This document shows, in pieces, positions 37,001 through 49,905 of a stretch of 64,000 nucleotides of DNA; within the stretch, counting starts at the first letter, position 1, and every line of letters starts with the position of its first letter. The notes under the pieces are model-generated. The model was given only the letters and a program-made list of their open reading frames with translations. It ran no database searches and was not told where the DNA came from. This stretch comes from Negaprion brevirostris (lineage: Eukaryota): NCBI GenBank assembly GCA_030324005.1, contig JARDVH010000157.1:11455374-11519373 (forward strand), in the 5' to 3' direction. The position numbers were made by a program, and so were the translations under genes.

Positions 37001-39330
37001 CCTTGTGTTGTGTTTAGTAATTCAACTGACTACTGACTAAATGCAAAGTTCAACGTTATTCAAGACTGGGATAGGAATCTGAGCTCTATGAATGACATTG
37101 GAACTCAACACCTGTGTCATTGGAACTCAGAGCCTGAAAGTGAGATTGGAAGTTGAACCCAGTGAATGGGCTTGGAAACCAAGCCCTGTGAACTGAACTT
37201 GAACTCTAGTCTGTGAATGAATTTGGAACGTGGGCTTAGTGCTATGAACAGAAGTGAAACTCACCGAAGGATGTGATTTTAGGGTTGATTTACTGGTTTT
37301 GAGCTCCCAGTGGGGAATTGTGATCAAGGGTAGGGCAGATCAAAGAACTGGCACAACTGTGTTATCTAACTAAACAAAGGAAGAAATATACAGAGGTAAA
37401 TATTGAAGGTAAAATATTTGCTTCATTTTTAGAAAGGTTTGGTAGAATTGATTCCCTTCTGTTCAACTGATTTATGGTCTTACCGATGCTGCTTGCCATT
37501 AGGTAACATGTTGCAGGAAATTGGAGGTAATGGGGCAACTGTCCAACTTTGCACTTCTTGAAAGCAGTCTTACCCACTATGAGAGCAAATTGACAATTTG
37601 AACATGGAAGATGTATGATTATCTGGCCATCATTTATTTACATTGAATAAGTAGTGTAAGTGCTCCAAAATTCAAGTTTCAGACAAATCCTGAAACTCCT
37701 TCCGCAAACACCTCTCTTTACTGCCTCTACCCTCCTTCTGAAACTCCTCAAACGTTTCTTTGTGCCTTTGGTTGCCTTGTCTCCTGTGACTGCTCAAGCT
37801 TCCGTTTTTGCCTCAGTGAAGCACTTTGTGACATTTTATAATGTTTATACAAGCACAAGTTGATGTTGTTCAGCGCACAGACATCCAGTGATAAAATGCC
37901 TGCAGTGTTTCCAAATGCTTGTAGAACTATATTTTGCCAGTCTTGATATATTTATGGTCTTTTGGCACTGAGACTCATCTCCCACTCCCCCCTCCCCCTG
38001 CACCCACCACCCCCTCTACCACCACCATTCCCTCCACCACCACCCCCCCCCCATCTGCCCCCGCATCCCCCACCCCCACACAAGATCACTCTGAGTCAGT
38101 TGACTAGAGGCAGATTTATATCCTCTTGTCACATCCAATACTGAGGTAGCTCCCCTTATATTAGTGCTTAGTTACAATGACAAACATCTGATTGGTAGCA
38201 GCCAGGTGATTGATGGTTATTTGCTGAAGAGTAGAAGTGTTGGACCAGGACATAATAATGTGACATTAATCGTGCATTGAGAGCCAAGATGATTGTCTTA
38301 CTTCAATAGGTCCATATTTGGCCTTGCCTGCATGCTAGCTGACTCCAGTGGCCAATCCTGCATCTGACATAATAGCATTAAAAAAAATGAAATGGGAAAT
38401 GCAGATTTCCATCATCTTCTGTGAAAGATGTAAAAATATAAAGTTGGCTCAAGGGATTACACAAAATGTTTTCTGCAAATTTAAAATCAAAGCAGCCACT
38501 GGAAGCAAAGTAATAATGGTGATGAAAACTGCTATTAAAGGCATTATCAGAACATGGTTACAGTTGAATTGGATAGCTCATCTATTTTTAATACCATAAT
38601 TTTTACTCCTATGAACAATCAGTAATAAGTATATGAATGTACTGTTAATGTCAACTTGATGTTTTTTTGTGCACTATTTTGCTTATCTGAATACTATTTC
38701 CACCTATTTGACCAGATCCACGACAACAATATTAGGAATTGCCCCTTCTCCGCTTTCTCACTATCGAAAAGGGATTTTAAAATAAATCGTTCTAGGTATG
38801 TGAGTAACGTTGGTAATGGTTCATTTATTGCCCATCTCCAGTTTAGCATAGTGATTGTTTTCATAACTGAATGACTTGCCAGGTTGCTTCAGAATGCATT
38901 AAGTGTTGATCACATAGTGCGTGACTACAGTCACACATAGACAAAGCTAGGTCAGAGTGGCAGGGTCCCTTGCCTGAAGGACATTTATGGATCTGTTGGG
39001 TTTGGTCTACCTACTAGACCATGCCTACATTATCCATCCGTGACTACAATGGCCTGAAAAAAAAAGACGTTAGCGATCCACTGTGCATTTGAATACTTTC
39101 TCACAGGCAAACAAAGAAAGCTTTAGTTTGTCAATGCAGTGAAAATTGGGTTCACTTGTCAAAGCAACAAAAAGTATCTTTTTTTCTACACTCCAGATTC
39201 TGATTGCTGCGGTCAATCAGTGCTATTAAGGTACAGTTAAGCTTTTTGGCATGACAAACAAAATGATAGCTTGCACAAGTGCCATCGCTTCTTCCACAAA
39301 GATACAGACATATTTTGCCCCAAAAGAGTT

Positions 39331-39958
39331 CCATCACCTCCTCTGGCAGCATATTCCAGGAATCCACCACTTTCTGTGTGAAAAACTTCCCCCACACATC
39401 TCTCTTAAACTTTCCCCCTCTCACCTTGAACCTGTGGTCAATTGTAATTGACATTTCCACCTTGGGAAAAAGCCTCTGATTATCCACCATATATATCTCT
39501 CTCATAATTTTGTAGACCTCTATCAGATCTCCCTTTAGCTTCCGTCTTTCCAGTGAAAACAATCCTAATTTATTCAACCTCTCCTCATAGCCAATCCCCT
39601 TGAGACCAGGCAATATCCTAGTGAACCTTCTTTGCACTCTCTCCAAAGCTTCCATCCCTCTGGTAGAGTGGTGACCAGAACTGCATTCAGTACTCCAAAT
39701 GCGGCCTAACCTAGGTCTTATATAGCTGCAACATGATGATCTCCCAACTCTTGTATTCAGTGCCCCAGCTGATGAAAGCATGCATGCCATATGCTTTCTT
39801 AATCATCTTGGCCACCTGTGTCGTCACTTTTAGGGAACTGTGGACCAGCACACCTACATCCCTGTGAAGGTTAATGTTCCTAAGGGTTCTGCCATTTACA
39901 GTATCATTCACATTTAAATTTGATCCTCCAAAATGCATCACCTCGCATTTGTCCGGAG
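39331..39958 (-). mobile_element. CR1 LINE ORF2 C-terminal fragment
   Basis: DKCEVMHFG; LERVQRRFTRILPGLKGIGYEERLNKLGLFSLERRKLKGDLIEVYKIM; frameshifted. Confidence 0.95.
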
Positions 39959-41028
39959 ATGATCCAGCAACATCTCCTGAAAGGTCTGCTTGCATAAATA
40001 CTGAGTAAGGACGAAGCCCTATGGTGGAATAGGCTGTCGACTTCACTTTGCCAGTAGGTGCTCACTCTATTGCGAGACAATGGCTTCAGCAGGGGAGGTT
40101 ATTGGAAAGAAATAAAAGCTAAAGATCTGTTGGATAACATGAGATAGGCATTTGGAAAAGTTAATCCATGTAATTTTTGCGTTTCAGATCAAAATTTGTG
40201 TTCTACCACCTTGCAGCGAAGTTCAAAGTTTATAGTTAAAAATCCAATGAGTTTATCAAAAGGTTTGCTTGTACTGAGCCCTGTGCAGACAGCATGAGAA
40301 AAAACAAATCAGAATATAGAGTTATACAGCACAGGAGGAGGCCTTTCAACCTATTACGGCTATGCCGGTTCTTTGAAAGAGCTATCCCATTGATCCTTCT
40401 CTCCTATTCTTTCCATATAGCTCTGCAAGTCTGCTGAGTTCTCTTGCTCAATAATTATGTCTAAAATTGCAAATTTGTTGAATTCTGGCTTTTGCTTGCC
40501 TTTAACTCGGTTTAATAGACACGATTCTCCTGGAGTATTCAAGTCATTGTTCATAATTTGTTTTAGAGCGAGTGTTAGAGCACTGACTCAGGGATTCAAT
40601 TTTCAGCAACAGCTTTACTCAAACTGCACTTCTGACACTGAAATTGTTTAAGATTTCTCAGGACTTGCTGTAGCCTGGAATTTTTAAAGAGTTAGCAAAG
40701 CACTGTGAGAGCTGCTAACTCTATGCTTTGAAGCTGGACTTCCAATGGAGACGTCTGCTGCAGTAAGAAGCTTAAATTTCTTCCTTCAGCTTCCAAGTCT
40801 TTCTTTGGAGCATTTTTCTGGTGATCTTTCATCTCTACACCTCTCCTTCTAGAGTTTCTTTTCAGGTCAAATGTTTTGTTAATCTTTTTCTCAGTCTTCC
40901 AGAATTTCAGTTTTTGTCTGCATTTTCAAGTATGCTTTGGGTTTTTCCCCAAGCTGCCATCATGTTGAAGGGTGTTAGTTGTTATACAATAGGTCCAAAG
41001 ATGTTTTTGTAGTCTTATGTAGGTTAAC

Positions 41029-41340
41029 CGGCATGGTGGCACAGTGGTAGCACTGCTACCTCACAGTGCCAGGGATATAGATTTGATTCTGGCCTTGGGT
41101 GGCTGTCTGTGTGGAGTCTGCACATTTTCACCTTGTCTGCCTGAGTTTCCTCCGGGTGCTCCGGTTTGCTCCCATCGTCTAAAAATTTGCAGGTTAGGTA
41201 GATTTGCCATAGTAAATGTGTGGCATTACAGAATAGGGTGGGGAGAGTACCTGGGTGAAATACTCTCTCAGAGAGTTGTTGCAGGCTCGGTGGGCTGGGG
41301 CATGCACTTGGCAGGGGCCTGGGGGGGGGGGTTCTATGAT
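41029..41340 (+). mobile_element. HE1-like V-SINE
   Basis: Head and V-domain; ends TTCTATGAT. Confidence 0.88.
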
Positions 41341-41887
41341 CTTTCATTGGCTCTTAAAACTACAAATATACTAAAGAGTACAAGTTTGGAGCTATCTCCA
41401 TGCTTGCTCATACACACGGTTCTGTCCAACACTCAACTGACCCTGACTGTGGGTTATATGCTTTCTTACATCAGTGTGGGTCATAATGTACTCAGTCCCA
41501 CATTAATCCTATATGTGCCAGGCTCTCAAACTACAAAGTAGTGTAAAGGCCTGGCACATATACTACAAAATATCCACTTTCCTTTGGACATTATTATTGA
41601 ATCTGCTTCTATCATCAATGCAGGCAGTGCATTCCACATCATAACAACTTGGTGCATAAAATAAATTCTCCTTGTCTCACCAACCCTTGTTTTTCCAATT
41701 AACTTAAACCAATGTGTGCTAGTTGCTGAGTCAGATAAGTGACCAATTTATTTTTAGAAAAAATAGGCCAAGACGCTCCCGCAACATTTAAGAAGCATCT
41801 GGACGAGAAAGGCATAATAGGCTACGGATCGAGTGCTGGTAAATGGGATTAGTATAGATTGGTATTGGATGATCAGCATAGACATTT

Positions 41888-42202
41888 CATCGAATCCCTA
41901 GTGCAGAAGGAGGCTATTCAGCTCTTCAAGCCTGCACCAAAAACAATCCCACAAGGACCCTATCCCCACAACCCTACACACTTACCCTTCTAATCCCCCA
42001 ACACCAAGGGGCAATTTAGCATGGCCAATTTACCTAATTCACACATCTTTGGATTGTGGAAAGAAACTGGAGCACCTGAAGGAAACCCATGCAGACAAGG
42101 GAGAATGTGCAAACTCTTCACAGATAGTGAAAGCTGTGAATTGAACCTGGGTCCCTGGCGCTGTGCAGCAGCAGTGCTAACCACTGTGCCACCGTGCCAC
42201 CC
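41888..42202 (-). mobile_element. HE1-like V-SINE with CR1 tail
   Basis: Reverse-complement head GCTAACCACTGTGCCACCGTGCCACCC and V-domain. Confidence 0.92.
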
Positions 42203-42439
42203 TGCATGAGAAGGTAAAATCTAATACCTGTGTCTTGTGCTTAAACAAAGGAAACTACAAAGGGANNNNNNNNNNNNNNNNNNNNNNNNNNNNNNNNNNN
42301 NNNNNNNNNNNNNNNNNNNNNNNNNNNNNNNNNNNNNNNNNNNNNNNNNNNNNNNNNNNNNNNNNTGTGATCGGCGCAACTCGTGGGCCGAAGGGCCTGT
42401 TTGTGCTGTAGTGTTCTATGTTCTATGTTCTATGTTCTA

Positions 42440-43011
42440 TGGTAGGTCCATTCAAAAGTCTGACGGCAGCGGGGAAGAAGCTGTTCTTGAGTCGGTCAGT
42501 ACGTAACCTCAGACTTTAGTATCTTTTCCCTAATGGAGGAAGGTGGAAGAGAGAATGTCTGGGGTGTGTGGGGTCCTTGATTATGCTGGCTGCTTTCCTG
42601 AGGCAGCGGGAAGAGTCAATGGATGGGAGACTGGTTTGTGTGATGGAGGGGGCTATGTTCATGAACCTTTGTAGTTTCTTGCAGCCTTGGGCAGAGCAGG
42701 AGCCCATACCGAGCTGTGATCCATCTGGAAAGAATGCTTTCTGTGGTGCATCTGTAAAAGTTGGTAAGAGTTGTAGCTGACATGCCGAATTTCCTTAGTC
42801 TTCTGAGAAAGTAGAGGCATTGGTGGACTTTCTTAACTATTCGCATGGAGGGACCAGGACAGGGTATTGGTGATCTGGACACCTAGAGATCTGAAGTTCT
42901 CAACCCGTATTTCATCCCCTTTGATGTAGACAAGAGCATGTTCTCCGCTACACTTCCTGAAGTTGATGACAATCTCCTTCATTTTACTGACATTGAGGGA
43001 GAGATTATTGT
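42440..43011 (-). mobile_element. Rex1/Babar-clade LINE 3' fragment
   Basis: LYFLRRLRKFGMSATTLTNFYRCTTESIL; RCLRKAASIIKDPTHPRHSLFHL. Confidence 0.9.
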
Positions 43012-43457
43012 CATAGAGATTTACAGCATGGAAACAGGCCCGTCAGCTCAACTTGTCTGTACTGCCCAGTTTTAACCACTAAGTTACTCCCAGTTGCCCA
43101 CATTTGGCCCATACCCCTCTACACCCATCGTACCCTGTAACTATCTAAATGCTTTTTGAAAGACAAAATTGTACCCGCCTCTACTACCACCTCTGGCAGC
43201 TTGTTCCAGACACTCACCACCCTCTGTGTGAAGAATTTGCCCCTCTGGACCCTTTTGTATCTCTCCCCTCTCACCTTAAACCCTCTAGTTTTAGACTCCC
43301 CTCCCTTTGGGAAAAGTTATTGACTATCTAGCTGATCTGCGCCCCTCATTATTTTATAGACCTCTATAAGATCACCCCTCAGCCTCCTACGCTCCAGAGA
43401 AAAAAGTCCTAGTCTATCCAGCCTCTCCTTATAACTCAATCCATCAAGTCCCGGTAG
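43012..43457 (-). mobile_element. CR1 LINE 3' end
   Basis: Reverse complement of the ...LRGDLIEVYKIMRG region plus tail. Confidence 0.9.
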
Positions 43458-43509
43458 AATTGCAAAGACATTACCGTGAAAACGCCCTAGTCACCACATT
43501 GATGTAAAT

Positions 43510-44772
43510 ACATGCAGCATGGGTTTATGAAGGGAAGATCATGTTTGACTAATTTGATGGAATTCTTTGAGAACATTACATGCGCTTTGGACAATGGGGA
43601 ACCCGTGGATGTGCTATATCTGGATTTTCAGAAGGCATTTGACAAGGTGCCACACTAAAGACTGCTGCATAAGATAAAGGTGCACAATGTCACAGGTAAT
43701 ATATTAGCATGGATAGAGGATTGGTTAACTAACAAAGCAAAGAGTGAGGGTAAATGGGTGATTTTTTGGTTGATGATCGGTGGCTCTGATGTGCCGCAGG
43801 GATCAGTGTTGGGTTCGCAATTGTTTACGATTTACATAGATAATTTGGAGTTGGAGACCAAGTGTAGTTTGTCAAAATTCACAGATGACACTAAGATAAG
43901 TGGCAGATCAAAGTGTGCAGAGGTATGCTAAAAGTCTGCAAAGGGATATAGATAGTCCAAGTGAGTGAGCAAGGATCTGGCAGATGGAGTGCAATGTTGG
44001 TAATTGTGAGGTCATCCATTTTGTTAGGAATAACAGCAAAATGTTCTATTATTTAAATGGTAAAAAATTGCAGCATGCTGTTGTGCAGAGGGACCTGGAT
44101 GTCCTTGTGCAAGAATCACAAGGAGTTGGTTTGCAGGTGCAGCAGGTAGTTAAGAAGGCAAATGGAATTTTGTCTTTCATTGCTAGAGAGATGGAGTTTA
44201 AAAACAGCGAGGTTATGCTGCAGCTGTATAAGGTGCTGGTGAGGCCATGTCTGGAGTACTGTGTACAGTTTTGGTCACCTTACTTGAGAAAGGATATACT
44301 GGCACTGGAGGGGGTGCAGAGGAGATTCACTAGGTTGATTCCAGAATTGAGGGGGTTGGCTAATGAGGAGAGACTGAGTAGACTGGGGCTATACTCATTG
44401 GAATTCAGAAGAATGATGGGATATCTTATAGAAACATATAAGATTATGAAGGGAATAGGTAAGATAGAAGCAGGAAAGTTGTTTCCACTGGCAGGTGAAA
44501 CTAGAACTAAAGGACATAGCCTTAAAATAAGGGGAAGCAGATTTAGGACTGAGTTGTGGAAGAACTTCTTCACTCAAAGGATTGTGAACCTGTGGAATTC
44601 CCTGCCCAGTGGAGCAGCTGAGACTACCTCATTGAATGTTTTTAAGACAAGGATAAATAAATTTTTGAATAATAAAGGAATTAAGGATTATGGTGAGCAG
44701 GCGGGTAAGTGGAGCTGAGTCCACCAAAAGATCAATCAGATGGCCTACTCCTCTTTCTAATTCTTATGTTCT
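43510..44772 (+). pseudogene. CR1 LINE ORF2 RT domain and C-terminus (5'-truncated, disrupted; includes the 244-aa ORF 43984-44718)
   Basis: QHGFMKGRSCLTNL, YLDFQKAFDKVPH, VPQGSVLGSQLF, FTDDTKI, LYKVLVRPCLEYCVQFWSP, VNLWNSLP; stops upstream of 43984. Confidence 0.96.
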
Positions 44773-44859
44773 TGTATTAACCACTGTGCCACTGTGCTAC
44801 CCTACATAGTGGGCCAAAGGGCCTGTTCCAGTGCTGTATGACCCTATGAACCTATGACT

Positions 44860-45095
44860 CTGGGGAAATCTTCTCTACTCTTTTTAGGATAGTGCCATAT
44901 CTTTTATGTCTACCTGAGAAAGCAGATGGGACCTTGGTTTAATGCCTGATTTGAAGAACAGCACTCTGATAATCCCCTCAGGACTCTACTGAAATGTAAA
45001 CCAAGGTTTTGCACTGAAACGTCTGAAATGGGGTTTGCATCCACAAAATTATGATTAAGAGGCAAGAGTCCTACCCACTGAGCTAAGGCTAACAC
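44860..45095 (-). mobile_element. Deu-domain SINE 5' fragment
   Basis: ATAGTGCCAT..CTTTTATGTCTACCTGAGA..CCTTGGTTTAATG..CTACCCACTGAGC. Confidence 0.7.
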
Positions 45096-45719
45096 TTCTC
45101 ATAGATTTTGTGCAGTCTGTCAGCTGGACATACTGATGGCATGTGCTGAACTACTTGCACTGAGCTATCAGTTATGATGCTAAATTGTGGTGACTGGACA
45201 TTATTGGCACTGTGTCTAATTTCCATCCAGTTGACATGTTGGTGTTAAGTGCTTTGAAGCACCCATTGGGAGAACAGTCACTGAATCTTTCAGCATACCT
45301 TCTCAACACACTGACACCTGGTCCCAACTTTCATCCACTAGATACTCTGGTGTTGAGTTGCAGAGGAGGTCTACCACATTGATTGGTACAGCATTCTTAA
45401 TGGCATTTTGTGGAAACCTGGACACCAAGTTACCAAGTGCACCAGACTCCAAATCAAAACAAACTTCAAGTTAATGAATCATGGAGTACAGAAGGAGATC
45501 ATTCAGCCCATTGTATTTGCGGCATTATTTTGAAAGAGATCTAAAATTCTTTTCCCATTTCTCTGCAAAATTTCCTTTACAAGTATACATCCAATTCTCT
45601 TTGAAAATTACTATTGGCAGACTTCCAACAACCTTTCAGACACTGCAAAGTAGATCATAAAAATTCCCTGTGTAACAAATTTCTCCTTATCTATTTTTTG
45701 CCAATTATTTGACATTTTT

Positions 45720-47880
45720 CCATATTCATTCATGGTCTGTTGGCATCACTGGTATTTATTGCCCATCCCAATGTTGAGAAGATGACAGTGGGCCACATTC
45801 TTGAACCATTGCAGACTGTGCAGTGAAGGTACTCCCATAACACTGTTGGCTTGGGAGTTCCAGAATTTACATCCAGTGACGATGATAGAACATTTTCAAG
45901 TCAAGACAGTGTGTGATTTGTAGAAGAATTTGCAGCTGGTCACGTTCATATGTGTGCACTGCCCTTGCCCTTATAGCTGGTGAAAGTTGAAGGTTTGGGA
46001 GATGCTGTTGAAAAAGCACCTGTCAGGTTTCTGGTCAATGGTGATCCCCCAGCATGTTGCTGTTCAGGTTTCTGAAATGGTAATGCTGTTGTTGAATGTT
46101 GTGGGAGGTGATTAGAATCTCTTCTCTTGGAGATGGTCATTACTTGGCACTTCTTTGACACGAATGTAATTTGTCATTCATCAGCCTGACCTGAAATCTG
46201 TCTAGACCTTGCTGCATGCAGGCATGACCTGCTTCATTATCTAAGGATTTGAGAACTGAACTGAATTCTAAACAAATATCAGCAAGCATTCTCACTTTGG
46301 CCTTTTGATGGTGGGGAGGTTATTAATGAAGTGGCTGAAGATGATTGGGCCTACTGCCCTGAGGAATTCAGTTATGTCCTGGAGTTGAGATGATTGGCTT
46401 TCAACAACCACAACCAACTTTCTTTGAATAGGTATGACGCCAGCCAGTGGGGATGTCCCATACACCCCTCGCCGAACCCCACCCCTCCGCTTCACTTCCC
46501 ATTGAATTAAATTTTATTAGGGCTCCTTGATTCCACGCTCCTTAAAAAGACTGTCTTGATATCAGGGGCAGTCACTCTCAATTCATTCAGGGTTTTGTTC
46601 ATCTTTGGACTTAGGCCATACCATTATCTATGAATGGTCCTGGCAGAACCTAAATGAACACTGATGTGTATGCATTGTTACTGTTACTGTCCATTGCTTT
46701 GCTGGTCAGGGTGGCACAGTGGTTAGCACTGCTACCTCACAGCACCAGAGACCTGGGTTCAATTCCTGGCTTGAGTCACTGTTTGTGTGGAGTTTGTACA
46801 TTCTCCCCATGTCTGCATGGGTTTCCTCCAGGTGCTCCGGTTTCCTCCCACAGTTGAAAGATGTGCAGGTTAGGTAGATTAGCCATTCTAAGTTGCCTCT
46901 TAGTGTCAGGGGGACAAGGTAAGGTAAATGTATGGTGGTAGGGCCTGGGTGAACTTGTAGTCAGTTCAGACTTGATGGGCTGAATGGCCTCATTCTGCAC
47001 TGTAGGATTCTATGATTCTATGATGAATGAGATTAGGCTGATGGATAATAAATGGACAGGTTAGATTCGTCTGTTTTTTTGAAAACAGGGATACTTGGGT
47101 AATTTTCCACTTTGTAAGGTAGATGTCAGTGTTGTCACTGTACTAGAACAGCTTGGCCAGAGGTGTAGCGTTCTGGAGCACATGTCTTCACTTCTACAGC
47201 TTGTTCTACACTGTAGCTTTGCTAGGTCACACTTCATTTTCCTTAGGAAGAACTGGCACAGTTCCTGGCATGCACATCTACAGTCTTCATCAAGCCAGAG
47301 TTACCCCTTTAATCTGATGGTTGTAATAGACTGAGGGAAATGTCAGGACATAAGGTGAGGATAATTCTTCTGTTGCTGCTGTATTCCTGCTGCTGCTGCC
47401 GCCCCCATCCCTCATGAATTCCCAGTTTTGAGCTGCTAGCTGTGTTCTAAATCCCATTTAGCACAATGGTTGTGCCATGAAACACGAAGAAGGCTGTGCT
47501 CAGTGTGAGGATGAGTCTTCAACTCCACAATTGTGCTAGCAGTTACCCCTACCGATACCATCATTGATCAGAGATCCTCTGCGTCAGATAGATTGATGAG
47601 GATAAGGTCAAGCAGATTTTTCCCTTGAGTTGTTTCTCTCATCATGTGCCACTAGACCGAAACTGGCAGTTATGTTCTTCATCGCTCACCTAGTAGTGGT
47701 GCAACCAGTCCAAAGCGGACACTGAAGTCTCCATCCAGTGTAGGTTCCATACTCTTACTAAGGCTGATGCTTCTTCCAGGTGACATTCAACATGGAAGAG
47801 TAATGATCCATCAGTAAAGGGAGGAGATGGTACTCAGCAGGATATTTCCTTGCCCTTGTTTGGCTTGATACCATGAGACT
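45720..47880 (-). mobile_element. Highly decayed L2/CR1-group LINE, interrupted by an HE1 SINE (46709-47023, +)
   Basis: Minus-strand KKCQVMTISK and ITEFLRAVGPIIFSHFINNLP (degenerate RT motif); 3' tail similar to 21620-21680. Confidence 0.7.
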
Positions 47881-48240
47881 CCGTGGGAAGTCTGAGATGT
47901 TAGTGAGCAGGACTTTGGTTCATGGTTGACTGGGTTGTGTATGCCTCTGCTGTGTCCAGTAACTGGCGATTCTGGCTTGTTTTATTCTTAGTGTTCCTTC
48001 ATGGCAGTTTCATACAATCGAATAATTTGTTAAGCCATTTGAGAGGGCAGTTAAGAATCAACCACACTGCTGCATGTCTAGGGTCACTTACAGATGAGAC
48101 TGGAAAGGATGGCAGATTTTCTTCCCCAAAGGATATTAGCAAACCAGGTGGGTTTTTACCGCAATCTTGCAATTTGGTGATCACCATTACTGGGGCAGCA
48201 TGGTGGCATAGTGGTTAGCACTGCTGCCTCACAGTGTCAG

Positions 48241-49905
48241 TGTTAGCCATGATGTGGAGATGCCAGTGTTGGAATGGGGTAAGCACAGTAAGAAATCTCA
48301 CAGCACTAGGTTAAAGTCCAACGGGTTTATTTGGTAGCACAAGCCACAAGCTTTCGGAGCACTGCCCCTTCATCAGGTGAGTGGGAGTTGTGTTTACAAA
48401 CAAGGCATATATAGACACAAACTCAATTTACAAGATAATGGTTGGAATGTGAGTCTTTACAGGTAATCAAGTCTTAAAGGNNNNNNNNNNNNNNNNNNNN
48501 NNNNNNNNNNNNNNNNNNNNNNNNNNNNNNNNNNNNNNNNNNNNNNNNNNNNNNNNNNNNNNNNNNNNNNNNNNNNNNNNGGTAATCAAGTCTTAAAGGT
48601 AGAGACAATGTAAGTGGAGAGAGGGTTAAGCACAGGTTAGAAAAATGTGTATTGTCTCTAGCCAGGACAGTGTGAGATTTTGCAAGCCCAGGCAAGTCAT
48701 GGGGGTACAGATAGCGTGACGTGAACCCAAGATCCCAGTTGAAGCAGTCCTCATGTGCGCAGAACTTGGCTATCAGTTTCTGCTCAGCAGTTCTGCGTTG
48801 CCGCGTGTCATGAAGGCCACCTTGGAGAACGCTTACCCAAAGATCAGAGGCTGAATGGCCATTACTGCTGAAGTGTTCCCCAACAGGAAGAGAACACTTC
48901 TGACAGTTCCGACATGCCACAGTGAAAAACCGCACCGACCTCCTCAGAAAACAAACATGAGACACAGCGGACAGAGTACCCTTCGTTGTCCAGTACTTCC
49001 ACTGAGCGGAGAAACTACAACACCTTCCCTGGAACCTTCAACATGTCATCAATGAAGAATAACATCTTGCCAAGGCCATCCCCACACCCCCCACTTATTG
49101 CCTTTAAACAACTGCACAAACTCAAACAGACCATTGTCTGCAGCAAACTACCCAACCTTCAGGAAAACAGTGACCACAACATCACACAACCTTGCCACAG
49201 CAACCTCTACAAGGTGGGCTCGATCATCGACACGGAATCCATCATCTCACGTGAGAACACCATCAACCAGATACACAGTACATACTCTTGCAACTCGGCC
49301 AATGTTGTCTACCTGATACGCTGCCGGAAAGGATGTCCCGAGGCATGGCACATTGGGGAGACCATGCAAATGCTACAACAATGCATGAATGAACACCGCT
49401 CGACAATCATCAGGCAGGAGTATTCTCTTCCTGTCGGGGAACACTTCAGTAGTCATGGGCATTCAGCCTCTGATCTTTGGGTAAGCATTCTNNNNNNNNN
49501 NNNNNNNNNNNNNNNNNNNNNNNNNNNNNNNNNNNNNNNNNNNNNNNNNNNNNNNNNNNNNNNNNNNNNNNNNNNNNNNNNNNNNNNNNNNNNNNNNNNN
49601 NNNNNNNNNNNNNNNNNNNNNNNNNNNNNNNNNNNNNNNNNNNNNNNNNNNNNNNNNATACATATCTCTTTAACCTGTGCTTAACCCTCTCTCCACTCAC
49701 ATTGTCTGTACCTTTAAGACTTGATTACCTGTAAAGATGCACATTTCAACCATTATCTTGTAAATTGAGTTTGTGTCTATATATGCCCTTTTTGTGAACA
49801 CAACTCCCACTCACCTGATGAAGGGGCACTGCTCCAAAAGCTTGCAGCTTGTGCTACTAAATAAACCTGTTGGACTTTAATCTGGTGCTGTGAGACATCT
49901 TATTG
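48241..49905. mobile_element. Penelope-like element with inverted terminal repeat and GIY-YIG endonuclease remnant
   Basis: Plus arm from about 48903: YSCNSANVVYLIRCRKGCPEAWHIGET..RSTIIRQEYSLPVGEHF; minus arm 48241-48902 repeats LPVGEHFS and the 3' end; TSD TGCCTCACAGTGYCAG (48225-48240, 49906-49921). Confidence 0.93.
48345..48379 (-). ncRNA. Minimal type I hammerhead ribozyme motif (PLE-associated) with intact core
   Basis: Reverse complement CAC-CUGAUGA-A-GGGGC(AGU)GCUCC-GAAA-GC-UU-GUG: stem I CAC/GUG, 5-bp stem II, palindromic AAGCUU in place of stem III. Confidence 0.75.

Noticed and set aside
37962-38144. Poly-proline ORF
   Set aside because: C-rich low-complexity tract with no splice or domain support
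40680-40930. Minus-strand lysine-rich open stretch
   Set aside because: No recognisable domain, start or splice context; explained by strand purine bias
41724-41738. NF-E2 plus GATA composite TGCTGAGTCAGATAA
   Set aside because: Lies at the edge of a decayed CR1 fragment and is isolated; likely chance
43984-44718. 244-aa ORF as a host gene
   Set aside because: It is the C-terminal part of a 5'-truncated CR1 ORF2; the upstream RT motifs are broken by stops
48986-49684. 232-aa ORF as a functional or domesticated nuclease
   Set aside because: PLE GIY-YIG remnant, frameshifted upstream, and partly open only because of Ns
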